Shown: positions 7,532 to 18,067 of the stretch, in pieces
Layout of the letters: the number at the start of each line of letters is the position of its first letter
How positions within the stretch are numbered: the first letter of the stretch is position 1
NCBI GenBank assembly: GCA_963666285.1
Contig: OY762711.1
DNA length: 64,000 nucleotides
Source: Sedimentisphaerales bacterium
Lineage (GTDB): Bacteria > Planctomycetota > Phycisphaerae > Sedimentisphaerales > SM23-30
Direction: 5' to 3' (one strand)
The notes under the pieces: generated by a model
What the model saw: the letters and a program-made list of their open reading frames with translations, nothing else
Databases searched by the model: none
Told to the model about the DNA's origin: nothing
Made by a program: the position numbers and the translations under genes

Positions 7532-10237
7532 TTATTTTCTGCTTCTGCGAACAACAGCCAGCATGCCAAGGCCAATAAGACCAATAGAAACCGGTTCAGG
7601 AACAACGGTAATGGTTCCATCCTCATAGATATTGTCATAAGAGAAATACAATCCACCGCCCAGCTCAGGGAGAATTATATTATCGAAGCTGCCGGTATAG
7701 CCATCGAAATCGAACAGGTCGAAGATATCGCCGTACGATGGAACGAATTCGTTAATCAGGTTGACTTGCAGGTCGCCGCCGAAATCCACCGAGCCCTGGA
7801 AATCGATAAAGTCATATTGATCGCCGCGGATAGTACCGCCCAGCTCCATGACCAGCTCGCTGGTGCCGGTAAAGACGACATCACCTGCGAAGCTGATAGC
7901 CGCCGGGCTGGACCCCGGGCTGTAGTTTGCCAGGAACACGGTATTACCAAGACCGGTAAAACTGCCTGAACCAGAGACATCATCATAAAAAGTAAGGGTA
8001 CAGCCGTTCTGGATATTTATATCGCCATTGTGGACGACTTCTGAGATGATGTCCAGATCGCCGCCGCCAACTCCTATATAGCCGACGTTATCCAGCAACC
8101 CGGCCTGGATAGTACCATTACCGACGATAGTGCTATCGATAAAGTTAACAAAATACATAGAAGGAGCATCATAATACTGATTATTAAAAGTGCCGCCTCT
8201 AAGGATAATATCACCAAAATTGGATGACAACCCCTGAGAAACAGCCAGAGTTGCCCCATCGTTAACCTGCATTCTGCCGTAATTCGCCAGCGTGCCGGCG
8301 AGTGTGAGAGTACCACCATCTGCAATGATTGTACCATTGTCATTTAACAAACTGCTATCGATACGTCCGGCACCCTGTATGGTACCGGTATTGGTCAAAT
8401 CCATGCCGCTAAGCCGGGCGTTATCGCCCTTCATGCTAATGAGACCGTTGTTATTCCAAAAAGAATTAACCATAGCTGAAGCGTTATCATCAATTCTCAG
8501 CTCGCCGCCGACCTGGTTAGAAAAGTTTGCCAGTCTCAGGTTGCCGTCCTGGGCACGAACAAAGCCATAATTATCGACATAAGTATTTAAGGTACCGTTA
8601 CCGCGAATCATGCCGCTGGTGCTATTGGTAATATTCCTGCCGTCAACAGAGTTGACCGCGCCACCTGCCAGCTCAACCAAGCCATAGTTGTCGGCATTGA
8701 AATAGAGATACATGACATCGCCAAAATCACCAACAGACAAAGTACCATTATTCTCAATATCGCATTTAATTTCCATGAAACCGTCTGCTGCGATCTGGCC
8801 GTTATTGGTCAAAGTTGATGATGCCTGCAAAAGCCCTTCACCTGAGATAGTCGCACCAAAATCATTCAGAAATTCACTGGCATAGATACTGCCGCCGTCC
8901 AGCGTAAAAGTAGACCTGTTATTCATTGCGGCAGCAGTAACCTTACCGCCAGACCGAAGAGCAGAATAGCCTGCATTTTCGTAGGTATTTGCCTCGACCT
9001 CACCTTCGTCAACACGGAGGGTTGCGCCCGGCATAACAGTAAAAGTTCCATTTATATCGAGAGTCTGAGATGAGTTCAAGTCGAGATAAGAGCCAACCGG
9101 TGAATCGCCAGCGATTTTGAAACTACTGTTAACTTCCAGCTCGCCGCCATAGAAATTAAGCGAACCGGCAATATCGCTATAAATTGTATTAGCAGCTAAA
9201 TACCCGCCATAGAGGTTGACAGTGCCTTGTTCATTAATTGACAATGCCCCGTTAACATATACACTTGCCCCACTATAAATGTTCGCAACACCACTACCGT
9301 TGGCGTCAGAACCAACAACAATGTTTCCAGATAGAGTTGCAGTACTGCCGCTGCCGCTGATGGAAAAAGAGCCATCACCGAACCCCTGGCTTCCGACGTA
9401 CATGGTACCGGCATACATATCAGCACCATCTTCCAGACTAACAGCACCATTACCATCATAGCCGACATATATCTGATTTCCAGTTGCGTCCAAAAGGCTG
9501 CCGCTGCCATTTACATTGATAGAGCCATAGCCGGAATTAAACCTGCCTAGATATAAGTTTGAATTTGCAAAAAGATCGCCACCGGCGGTAATATCAATAT
9601 TTGCCTGGCCATAATAACCAACATATCCATAGCTGTCAAAAGTTAATGCAGAGGTGGAATCATCAATAGTCACAGAAGCAACACTACTATCGTAGAAGGC
9701 CAGGTAAGCATTATTAGTCGCCGTCATGGTGCTGCCATAGGAAATGGTCGTATCTGCATTTCCGCTATAACCAAAATACAAGTTGGAATTAACGATTACC
9801 TGCGAGCCGGAATATAATGTAGCAATAGTATAGGAAGCACTGTTATACCCCATATACATATTATTAGTCTCAAGTTGAGCTCCACTGGTCATATACAATT
9901 CGGTATTGCCGGTGTCGCCATATTTGCCAAAGATGAGGTCAGATACGCTATTACTAAAGGTAAGAGAGGCATCATAATACAACTTTAGCTTCCCGGTGCT
10001 GCCAAAGATGACAAGATCATTGGTTGAAAGATACCTGACATCGTAATTGTTAGTTCCAGATGATGAAATTGTTATATTGTCATCGCCGCTGGGCACAACA
10101 CCGGTACTCCAGTTGGCAGAGTTTGTCCAACTGTCGCTCGAGGAGCCGTCCCAGGATACATAATCAGCATGAGCGGCAAAAGAAAGATTAAGAGCAAACA
10201 AAAACGCTAACAGACTATAGATTTTTTTGTTATTCAT
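7532..10237 (-). CDS. PEP-CTERM surface protein with autotransporter-passenger-like beta-strand repeats
   Basis: Signal peptide; 'YVGYxGxGxxxI' and 'NxG' repeats; C-terminal VPEP + hydrophobic helix + RRSRK. Confidence 0.9.
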   Translation of the reverse strand: MNNKKIYSLLAFLFALNLSFAAHADYVSWDGSSSDSWTNSANWSTGVVPSGDDNITISSSGTNNYDVRYLSTNDLVIFGSTGKLKLYYDASLTFSNSVSDLIFGKYGDTGNTELYMTSGAQLETNNMYMGYNSASYTIATLYSGSQVIVNSNLYFGYSGNADTTISYGSTMTATNNAYLAFYDSSVASVTIDDSTSALTFDSYGYVGYYGQANIDITAGGDLFANSNLYLGRFNSGYGSINVNGSGSLLDATGNQIYVGYDGNGAVSLEDGADMYAGTMYVGSQGFGDGSFSISGSGSTATLSGNIVVGSDANGSGVANIYSGASVYVNGALSINEQGTVNLYGGYLAANTIYSDIAGSLNFYGGELEVNSSFKIAGDSPVGSYLDLNSSQTLDINGTFTVMPGATLRVDEGEVEANTYENAGYSALRSGGKVTAAAMNNRSTFTLDGGSIYASEFLNDFGATISGEGLLQASSTLTNNGQIAADGFMEIKCDIENNGTLSVGDFGDVMYLYFNADNYGLVELAGGAVNSVDGRNITNSTSGMIRGNGTLNTYVDNYGFVRAQDGNLRLANFSNQVGGELRIDDNASAMVNSFWNNNGLISMKGDNARLSGMDLTNTGTIQGAGRIDSSLLNDNGTIIADGGTLTLAGTLANYGRMQVNDGATLAVSQGLSSNFGDIILRGGTFNNQYYDAPSMYFVNFIDSTIVGNGTIQAGLLDNVGYIGVGGGDLDIISEVVHNGDINIQNGCTLTFYDDVSGSGSFTGLGNTVFLANYSPGSSPAAISFAGDVVFTGTSELVMELGGTIRGDQYDFIDFQGSVDFGGDLQVNLINEFVPSYGDIFDLFDFDGYTGSFDNIILPELGGGLYFSYDNIYEDGTITVVPEPVSIGLIGLGMLAVVRRSRK

Positions 10238-10513
10238 GGCTAATATTCCTATATAAAGAAAGACATCAACACTATTATTTGAGATAATATCTTACTCACT
10301 AAGATTTAACATTTTTATACAGCTAGATAAGCAAATCTTTGCACTCTTTGGCAATACAGACACGACAATTACATATTATATGCTTTTGGGTCGCAAATTT
10401 CCATAAAGATGTAAAATAATACTCCCAGAAATGGCAGCTTGAATAAAAAACAAAGCGTTTTGCCTATCTTAACATTCTATGCGGGTTTTAGGTTGAAAAA
10501 ACGTCGTAGATTT

Positions 10514-10678
10514 GGAGTAGGTAATTCTCAAGCCGAAGTAGAACACAGCGGCCTTAGCTATGACACCAAAGGGGAATTAACAACAGCCCCTGACGTAATT
10601 TACAATCGCTCGAACGAGCATAACCATAAAGGTAACAATCTTGACCGGAAAGGGTAGGGCAGTAAAAAGCTCAACTCT
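10514..10678 (+). ncRNA. ssrS: Probable 6S RNA (planctomycete type)
   Basis: About 165 nt, intergenic; ends pair (ggagt/actct) and are followed by a T-run; internal stems gcc/ggc, cctt/aagg, agggg/cccct and gctcg/cgagc; resembles planctomycete 6S RNAs as recalled, not confirmed by search. Confidence 0.65.
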
Positions 10679-10711
10679 TTTTTTATGCCTGCCGCAACCG
10701 GGATAAAATGT

Positions 10712-13264
10712 TTACTTGACAACAATATTCCGGATTCTGTCAAGCCATAACGATTTAAATTGCGGTTGAGCAGTATCATCGGAATCGAAGTCATTTTCGG
10801 CAATTATAACATCGATAGAATGCATTGCCTGACCGGAATCTCCGTTCAAGGCCTGGCAATAGATTCCCCAGTACCTGGATTCCCAGTAGAAATAACTTTC
10901 ATCGGAATTTTCCGATGCTCTTACTTTATACCAGCTTTCCCTGGCAGAGCCATATTCACCGGAAACCATATCCTGCAATGCCTGGTTTCTCACCTTTTCC
11001 AGATGGCCTTCGGCAATATGCTGTCCCAGATCCCGTAAAATATCGGCATATTCAGACATAATTGTTTCAAGCTGCCTGCGATCGGTACATGAGCTTATCT
11101 GAAAAGAAATCAGCCTTGAATATAATACGGCAGACAACGGTTTTTCTTCCGCACTGCTCTTTTTATACATTGCATCAACCAGCGGTTTAACCTTGTAAAG
11201 CTCGCCTATAAGCCAGGGATAATCACCCTGGGCAACTTTTACCCGGAACTCTTTGCCCATATATGCCAGAACAAACTTCTGGGCAAACCTGACCAGTTCC
11301 GAAGAGCCATCTATATCGGCTGCCTGCAGAACCGGGGAGACTGTTTTGAGATATAAATCGAAATGGCCGGTTTCGAGGCAAGCCTCGCTTAGTAAAACCG
11401 CCGCATTTATAGTAATAGTATCATATTCCTTTGAAGATGATATCAGTGACTCCAGCGGTGAAATAACCTCACGTAACAAATCGCTTTTCTGATCAGCCTC
11501 AAGCCTGACCTGGTACCTGCAATATGCCTTATGGAATTCTACCGCACGGGCCAGTTCCCTGGCAGAGACATGAGAGAAGAGCTCAATTGCCTTTTGGTAT
11601 TCCTTTATATCTTCAAGCATCAACGAATAATAAAAACAAAGCAAACTCACATCAGAAGAATTAGAGATCCCCTTAGACATATTTTTACTATTGATAAATT
11701 TTTCTACCGAAGGCTTCAAAGTATCAATAAGCCATTGCCTGCTGACTTTGTCATCATATAACTGCCTGACAGAAAGTAATACCCCCTGCAAGACACTCTG
11801 CCCCAGTTGATATTCCTGCGAGGCAAAGTCGATTATATCCAGCAAGGAAACAAAATCATTTAACGCATTTCTATAATAATCAATCACCCCATCCTTGCCA
11901 GAAGCGTTTTCCGCCAGTTCCAGGAAATAATAGCCACGGGAATAAAGCATTTTCGGAACAACGGTTTTATCTCCTGCCTTTTCAATCGCCTTAAAGAGCG
12001 TCAGTACTTTTTGGGACTCTGCCGGCCCCTTATTCTTATAGTAGAGTGCAGCCTGGTAAACAACCGGCTGATCCCACCCGGGAAGATACTTCAGCCACTG
12101 ATCCGTATCTGCCTGTTCTAGAAGATAATAGCTGTTATATGAAATATATTTAATAATTCGCCCGGAAAGAAAAGGATACTCAGAAGCAATACGCAAAAGT
12201 TCCTTGTAACAGCCGGTGCCAACCTGTAAAGGAGTAATACCGCCCTGACCATGCGATGCATTCTCATAAATGTAATTATAACATAGATAACTCTCATATA
12301 AAGCCAGGCGAATAAGCAGCTCTTCCTTATCTTTGACAGGCAATTGAACCTGTTCGAGCTTAAACCTGAGAGAGTTTATACTCTCCAGGGCTTCACTGAA
12401 ACTTAAAATACCATTAGCCAGGTAAACTTCATTTTTAATAAGCAGAAATTCGATGGAATCAGTAAAGGGCATAGCTCCCTGATCGAGACTGCTTATCATT
12501 TCTTCATAGCATTTAACCGGATTGGCAAACATTCCAGAATTATAATTTACCTTATACCACCAGACCAAATATATAGTCTGGCTGGTATCCGCATACAATT
12601 TAATGAGTTCATTACTGATCTGAGCGGCATCAAATGAAACCTGCCCAGGTTGAAAATCGTCCGTATTTTGAATATACAGAAACCAGGCAGCTTTTAATAT
12701 TTCAGATTCTTCCCGAAGATTCTTTATTCGCTGATATACCCCGTTGCGGCCAAACCGGTCATACCAGTCATCATCTCTATACCTGTCGATAAAGGAATAA
12801 TAATTCTCCAGGCAGTTTATATATACAGGGAAAATACCAGAGAGAACGGCAGACAGTTTCTTTTTATCCTCACCTAAAGGGCCATGACTGCCATCCAAAA
12901 AAAACATGCCGGATTCATGATACAAAGAAAAACTGTCCAGTAAAATCCCCCGACATATAGAAGACAGATTATTGATATATTCCATATTGCCAGACAGATA
13001 AAATTCAGATAATTTCGCTGAAAAAATCTCCGGGCCGGAATTATCTTTGATTCCAGCGAAAAGCTCAGACAACTCTGAATCCGTTACAGAATCTATCAAG
13101 GCAGCTGGAGGCTCATAAAGAAAGTTCATTTCCAGGGAGCCGACATCGGCCGCCAACAATCCGCAGGAAATGCCGCAAATTAAAACAACTGAGATGTATT
13201 TCAATAAACCAGAAATCATAAAATAACTATCATTAACGTAAACGTTGCCTTTCGCAATCTTCAA
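10712..13264 (-). CDS. Large secreted alpha-helical (TPR-like) protein; start may be ATG 13219
   Basis: 850-aa ORF with N-terminal hydrophobic segment and TPR-like patterns (e.g. 'YQKAIELFS', 'YGSARESWYKV'). Confidence 0.65.
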   Translation of the reverse strand: MKIAKGNVYVNDSYFMISGLLKYISVVLICGISCGLLAADVGSLEMNFLYEPPAALIDSVTDSELSELFAGIKDNSGPEIFSAKLSEFYLSGNMEYINNLSSICRGILLDSFSLYHESGMFFLDGSHGPLGEDKKKLSAVLSGIFPVYINCLENYYSFIDRYRDDDWYDRFGRNGVYQRIKNLREESEILKAAWFLYIQNTDDFQPGQVSFDAAQISNELIKLYADTSQTIYLVWWYKVNYNSGMFANPVKCYEEMISSLDQGAMPFTDSIEFLLIKNEVYLANGILSFSEALESINSLRFKLEQVQLPVKDKEELLIRLALYESYLCYNYIYENASHGQGGITPLQVGTGCYKELLRIASEYPFLSGRIIKYISYNSYYLLEQADTDQWLKYLPGWDQPVVYQAALYYKNKGPAESQKVLTLFKAIEKAGDKTVVPKMLYSRGYYFLELAENASGKDGVIDYYRNALNDFVSLLDIIDFASQEYQLGQSVLQGVLLSVRQLYDDKVSRQWLIDTLKPSVEKFINSKNMSKGISNSSDVSLLCFYYSLMLEDIKEYQKAIELFSHVSARELARAVEFHKAYCRYQVRLEADQKSDLLREVISPLESLISSSKEYDTITINAAVLLSEACLETGHFDLYLKTVSPVLQAADIDGSSELVRFAQKFVLAYMGKEFRVKVAQGDYPWLIGELYKVKPLVDAMYKKSSAEEKPLSAVLYSRLISFQISSCTDRRQLETIMSEYADILRDLGQHIAEGHLEKVRNQALQDMVSGEYGSARESWYKVRASENSDESYFYWESRYWGIYCQALNGDSGQAMHSIDVIIAENDFDSDDTAQPQFKSLWLDRIRNIVVK

Positions 13265-13969
13265 GTTTCAATATTCATCTAATAAGCCTTTACCGAGACA
13301 ATTTCCAAATCAAGCCAAAGCTTTATGCAATTAAAATTGCAAAAAGAGAAATAACTAAAATATCTTGCCTCTCTTAACACACAATTAATGCCAGATTATA
13401 GTCTTATCCTGTAAATACATAAACGACAAAATCACAAAATACAGATTTAAGCTGATAAAAACTTGTGTCATATCTTAATGATTTACAAGACATTATATAA
13501 ATAGCGAAGTAATTTTCAGCAAAATAATCGATTTATGAAACCACCATCAAAAACAAGCAAAAATGAAATTATATATTTTTTTTGCCAGAAACAAGAGTTA
13601 ATCAAATTATCTATAACATATTTCATTATAACGATTTGCATTCATATAAGGTCAACAGGTTTTCTTTTCTATAAACCCCACACTTCCCATATTAACGCAC
13701 ATGGTTTTCGCATGTATCTCCTAAATTTGCTCGAGGGTCATTTATAAATTAGAATGGATTATATAGAGAGAAAGCTAAATTAAATTGTAATCAAAAAAAC
13801 ACACATGTAAAACAGACTGTAGAGTCGGTGCGTATACAGAAAATATGCCCATAGAGAGAAGTCAGTTTTGCATTGAATATAGATTGAACTTCTTATTTTA
13901 TTTTTAAAGATCAGTCTTTATTCAAGAAATTACATTCAAAATTCTTAAGAGAAAAGAGAGAGATAGACT

Positions 13970-14965
13970 ATGAAGAGTACTAAAAACATCCAAGGAATTA
14001 TTTGCGCACTTATCGGCATAATAACCTGTTATTCCAATGCCGGCATCATTTCCCAGACAGCCCTTCCATTCGGTAATGAAGATTTCAGCATAATCAGAGA
14101 AAATCAATTAATCAAGTCCGGTAGCGATAACAGCTATGACCAGAGTGGTTTTTACAGTATCTCTGAACAGATCGCTGATGATGAAAACGCTCTATACGCA
14201 GGTAGCATAGTTGAAAATTCTAACACAGGTATGCGAATATACCAGCGTGTCCTTGCCTCCCCCAACAACACTGCTACCAAAGGTAATGTGTTGGAATATG
14301 AAGTATCCAGCACCGCAGGTATAAGGTCAACATATTCGCTTTCTGACGAATACAATAAAGGCAGCAAAACCAGGGTCAGCAACAGCAACACTCTACAGGA
14401 TCCGGTATATATCTATGTAAATCAAGATTCTGACAATCCGCAAGTAGGCCTGCTGGCGAAATATGAAATTGAAGTTATAAGCAATAACGAAACTACCACC
14501 AAAAATGGTAAAACAAAAACAACAACCAAAAAACTAACCAGCGGCGGAATTAAGATCTATGGTAAAAAAGACGGGACGTTAAAAATAAAAACATACGGTT
14601 CACTTAAACGTGATAATATATCCATGGTTATAGACAACGATGATCCCAGCAACCCGCTTGTCCTGGATAAGCCTTCAGCTTATTCAATTTCAAACCGTGA
14701 CATCAAAAACCTGTCAATTGACAGCGACAACATGATATTTGTCCTGGAGAATATTGTTCTGGAAAAAGCATTCTGGGTAAAATCAGACAGCATATTATCT
14801 GTTGACACAATCGTAAGAGGTACAGTTTATGGAGCAGAAGCAGAACTGGTTATGATAAATAACGGCCCAGCATCAATTCCTTCAGCTGATGTACCAGAAC
14901 CGGCAACATTAGGGCTGGTATCTCTTGGCGGTCTTTTGATAGCCAAAAGAAGAAAAAATGCATAG
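13970..14965 (+). CDS. PEP-CTERM protein of unknown function
   Basis: Signal peptide; C-terminal VPEPATLGLVSLGGLLIAKRRK. Confidence 0.9.
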   Translation: MKSTKNIQGIICALIGIITCYSNAGIISQTALPFGNEDFSIIRENQLIKSGSDNSYDQSGFYSISEQIADDENALYAGSIVENSNTGMRIYQRVLASPNNTATKGNVLEYEVSSTAGIRSTYSLSDEYNKGSKTRVSNSNTLQDPVYIYVNQDSDNPQVGLLAKYEIEVISNNETTTKNGKTKTTTKKLTSGGIKIYGKKDGTLKIKTYGSLKRDNISMVIDNDDPSNPLVLDKPSAYSISNRDIKNLSIDSDNMIFVLENIVLEKAFWVKSDSILSVDTIVRGTVYGAEAELVMINNGPASIPSADVPEPATLGLVSLGGLLIAKRRKNA

Positions 14966-14993
14966 TTCATAGTTACTTTCTTTTCTATATTAC

Positions 14994-15033
14994 AAAAAAA
15001 AGAAAGCTTTGTCGGTCAAGGCTTTCTTTTTTT
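14994..15033. terminator. Bidirectional intrinsic terminator
   Basis: A-run, gaaagctttg/caaggctttc stem, T-run, between convergent genes. Confidence 0.85.
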
Positions 15034-15037
15034 GCAC

Positions 15038-15140
15038 ATATACAAACAGTACATGATTTTGTCCGATCGCTCGGAAGACAGATGATAATGTAATCATTTC
15101 TACCACGCTCGAACGGGAATTTTCTACTGTCATAAGTATA
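15038..15140 (-). repeat. ~100-bp structured repeat, copy 1 (copy 2 at 23983-24086)
   Basis: atgattttg(t/c)ccgatcgctcggaag(a/g)ca...atgtaatcat...tacca shared by both copies. Confidence 0.85.
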
Positions 15141-15159
15141 AAATATTTAATTAGCCAGG

Positions 15160-15990
15160 CTAAGCCATACTGTAACATCTCTTTGCCACAGAATCAATAG
15201 CTTCACAAGTTGTCTTGATACAGCTTATCCCGTCGAAAGTATCGGCAAGCTCAATACCCTTGATCATACCATTCATAACAACCTGGTCAGAATTACCGTT
15301 TAGCACAATAATCTTTACAGAAACAAACATGGAAATCGCCCAGATAATCAGGTCGTTTTCTTTTGCACCCCAATCGGCAGCGATAACTAAATGCCTGACA
15401 CCCTGATCAGCAAAATTATTTACTATATCGTTTGCCGCATGAGTGTTTTCAACACATGCTATTTCATACATTCCACAGCTGATCTGATTTAGATGATGTG
15501 ACACTTTCTGCTGAACAGCATTGTCACTTAAAATACATATAGCTGCCGTTTTGTTTATCTTCTTATTGCCGATCACTATGTCATTAGAAAAACCAGCCGT
15601 TTTTGAAATGGCAGAATCAACAGCTTCGATTAACTTCTGAGAATCCCAGGGCTTGTAAATATATCCGTCCAGATTAATTGAGCTTTTAAGCTTATTGATC
15701 ATTTCAGGAGGGATAAAGCCACTCAATAACAGTTTGACAATATCAGGATACCTGGCATGAATACTAGACAAAACACGATCACCAGTTGTATTACCTAGGT
15801 TAAGATCACAAATGGTTACAATATCATTAATACCATCAGATTTAAGCTTATCTATGATTTCCAGACCTTCTGAACCAGAACTCGAAAACTCGAGAATAAA
15901 TTCATCTCCATAATACCTTTGAAGCTGCATTTTCAGGCAGTTTAGAATGGTATCTTCATCATCAATGCAAACAATTGCAACTTTCGACAT
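15160..15990 (-). CDS. Response regulator: receiver domain plus degenerate second receiver-like domain
   Basis: 'CIDDE', phospho-Asp in 'ICDLNL', 'LLSG', 'YKPW'; the C-terminal half repeats the alpha/beta pattern without the DD pair. Confidence 0.8.
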   Translation of the reverse strand: MSKVAIVCIDDEDTILNCLKMQLQRYYGDEFILEFSSSGSEGLEIIDKLKSDGINDIVTICDLNLGNTTGDRVLSSIHARYPDIVKLLLSGFIPPEMINKLKSSINLDGYIYKPWDSQKLIEAVDSAISKTAGFSNDIVIGNKKINKTAAICILSDNAVQQKVSHHLNQISCGMYEIACVENTHAANDIVNNFADQGVRHLVIAADWGAKENDLIIWAISMFVSVKIIVLNGNSDQVVMNGMIKGIELADTFDGISCIKTTCEAIDSVAKRCYSMA

Positions 15991-16517
15991 AATATTTAAA
16001 CTCCACTTCCATCTTTAACACAATAAGTGGATACCTTAAATACAAAATAAGATAATCTAATAGGGAGTCCACTTATCTTTCTCAAAATTCTACTTCTCTA
16101 TAAGCACTTTAACTTAATGCCCCCTGCACAGCAATTTTACTGTACACAATCTTCATGGTAATGTTTATCGACTAATTACAATTTCTGTTGAATTAAAAAA
16201 AAATAAAATTGTCAAAAACAATTATAACATGAAATTCACAAGCACAAATGTTACTTTTATACTGAATATAACAGGTATAAACGCGCAGCAAATTACTTAA
16301 AGAAAACAAAAAGAAAAGGGTATTTTCAAGCCAGAGATAAACAACTATCTAACAAGAACTTAACATCAATTTAACATTACTGCGTGCAGAAAATCAACAA
16401 AAAGGTTTACTACATGCATATCAATAGTCAGATAATCCTTTTTAACACGGACTGTCACTACCTGAATATCAGGATAAATTATAACAAATAATGCTGTATA
16501 ATATTTACAATATTATA

Positions 16518-16551
16518 CAGATGGCAATACCAGAAAACGTACTACCATCTG
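16518..16551 (-). terminator. Hairpin after the aminotransferase gene
   Basis: Minus strand cagatggtagtac/gtattgccatctg pairs fully with G-U. Confidence 0.6.
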
Positions 16552-16588
16552 CAATTTTTTATTCAAATAGCTAAAACTATCAATATTT

Positions 16589-17701
16589 TCACTCACAAAT
16601 ATCAATAAGTCTTTCAAGCCCTTTTTCGATTTTTTCATTAGAAGTGGCATAGCTAATACGAAAATGCGTGTCTTTCTGGGAAAATGCCTTACCTGGGATT
16701 ACCAAAACATCATTTTCTATGGCTTTCATAACGAAATCACTGCCACTACCGCCTGGTGCCGGCACAAAGGCATAAAATGCCCCGCCAGGCTTAACCAAAC
16801 CAAATTTGTCGGACAGACCGCCAAAAACCATATCTCGCTTAACCTTATATTGGGCAACGAGGTCATCAACCGGGTAATCAATTGCCGCAATTGCAGCCAA
16901 CTGAAAAGGATGAGGGGCACATACCATGGTATACTGCTGCAAAGTAGCCATTTTGTTACATATCTCATCCATGTGTTTTGGAAATACCAGATATCCTAAA
17001 CGCCAGCCGGGTGCTCCATGACTTTTCGAGAAACCTCCCATAATAATGGTATTCTCATAGTATTTGGCAATGCTTTCGGCAGGCCCATCATAACTAAACT
17101 CTCTATAAATCTCATCGGAAAGAACAATAAGATTGTTCTTCCGAGCGACCTCGGCAATTTCCTTAAGATGTTCAGGCTGATAGACAATACCACTCGGATT
17201 CGACGGCGAATTAACAAACAGGATCTTACTCTTTGGAGTGACAGCCTTTTCCAGCCTCTCCCCGGTAAGGGCAAAGTCAGGATAAGTATCAATATATACC
17301 CTGTTTCCACCGCACATAGCGGTCATCTGGTCATAAATAACGAAATACGGGTCCGGAATGAGTACATCATCACCAGGGTTTACCAAGGTGTTCAACGATA
17401 AGGTCAGGCAACCACTTACGCCGCAAGTTACGATCACCTGCGGATCTTCCCAGCCGGTTTCCGCTGATACCTTCTCGGCAATTTTTTCTCTTAATTCGTT
17501 TAAGCCGGTAGTAAGCGTATACCCATTCAGCCCCTGCTGTATTGCACTAATAGCCACTTCTTTTACAGGGCCGGGCACATCAAAGTCTGGTTCACCGATA
17601 CTGAAATTAACAGGATCAACCATATTTTGAGCTAACTGCCAGATTTTTCGAATGCCCGAAGCATCCATACCTTTTACTCTATCAGCTATATAATCATGCA
17701 T
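16589..17701 (-). CDS. PLP-dependent class I/II aminotransferase (AspC-like)
   Basis: 'GEPDF', 'NSPSNPSG', 'SDEIY', PLP-lysine motif 'GFSKSHGAPGWRLG'; start set at ATG 17701. Confidence 0.92.
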   Translation of the reverse strand: MHDYIADRVKGMDASGIRKIWQLAQNMVDPVNFSIGEPDFDVPGPVKEVAISAIQQGLNGYTLTTGLNELREKIAEKVSAETGWEDPQVIVTCGVSGCLTLSLNTLVNPGDDVLIPDPYFVIYDQMTAMCGGNRVYIDTYPDFALTGERLEKAVTPKSKILFVNSPSNPSGIVYQPEHLKEIAEVARKNNLIVLSDEIYREFSYDGPAESIAKYYENTIIMGGFSKSHGAPGWRLGYLVFPKHMDEICNKMATLQQYTMVCAPHPFQLAAIAAIDYPVDDLVAQYKVKRDMVFGGLSDKFGLVKPGGAFYAFVPAPGGSGSDFVMKAIENDVLVIPGKAFSQKDTHFRISYATSNEKIEKGLERLIDICE

Positions 17702-17760
17702 ATCTGTATTCCTTCTACAAGTAATTGCAAGCAATAAACTTATCACATAACGCGCATGGA

Positions 17761-17788
17761 AAAACATGCTCTGATACGAGCATGTTTT
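17761..17788 (-). terminator. Terminator-like hairpin after the small basic protein gene
   Basis: aaaacatgctc/gagcatgtttt perfect inverted repeat. Confidence 0.7.
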
Positions 17789-17860
17789 ATAATTAATAAT
17801 TGGAATTTCACAGCATCAATAACCAATCGGGATATTATCCAGATCAGAATATCAAAACTG

Positions 17861-18067
17861 CTATTTTTCGTCAGGCTTTTTCGCAGGTTTCTTTTTCTTG
17901 CCGCCAACACTCTTAACACTTAACACTTTTGGCATACCAAGAATTTTGCTTTCACCTTCAACCCAACGTCCTTCATCTTCCATCTTAGCAAGACGCTCAG
18001 CTTTAGTTAATACATTACGGTGACGGGTAAGCCCACCACTTCCTTTTAATGAACGATCAACAGACAT
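17861..18067 (-). CDS. PVC-superphylum small basic protein
   Basis: 'MSVDRSLK..GL.RHRNVLTKAERL...GRW....ILGMPKV' with Lys-rich tail; AGGAG upstream of ATG 18067. Confidence 0.9.
   Translation of the reverse strand: MSVDRSLKGSGGLTRHRNVLTKAERLAKMEDEGRWVEGESKILGMPKVLSVKSVGGKKKKPAKKPDEK

Noticed and set aside
373..10237. Diversity-generating retroelement, suggested by an Avd-like four-helix bundle next to surface proteins
   Set aside because: No reverse transcriptase and no near-identical TR/VR pair differing at adenines was seen. The 7.0-7.9 kb similarity is diverged protein-level paralogy.
10439..10803. Short ORFs 10439-10657 (+) and 10600-10803 (-)
   Set aside because: They overlap the structured RNA candidate or the 850-aa gene, and show no protein-like features.
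15060..15082. Group II intron domain V for the GNRA-capped bulged hairpin
   Set aside because: It lacks the AGC/CGC catalytic triad and AY bulge geometry, and there is no domain VI or intron ORF.
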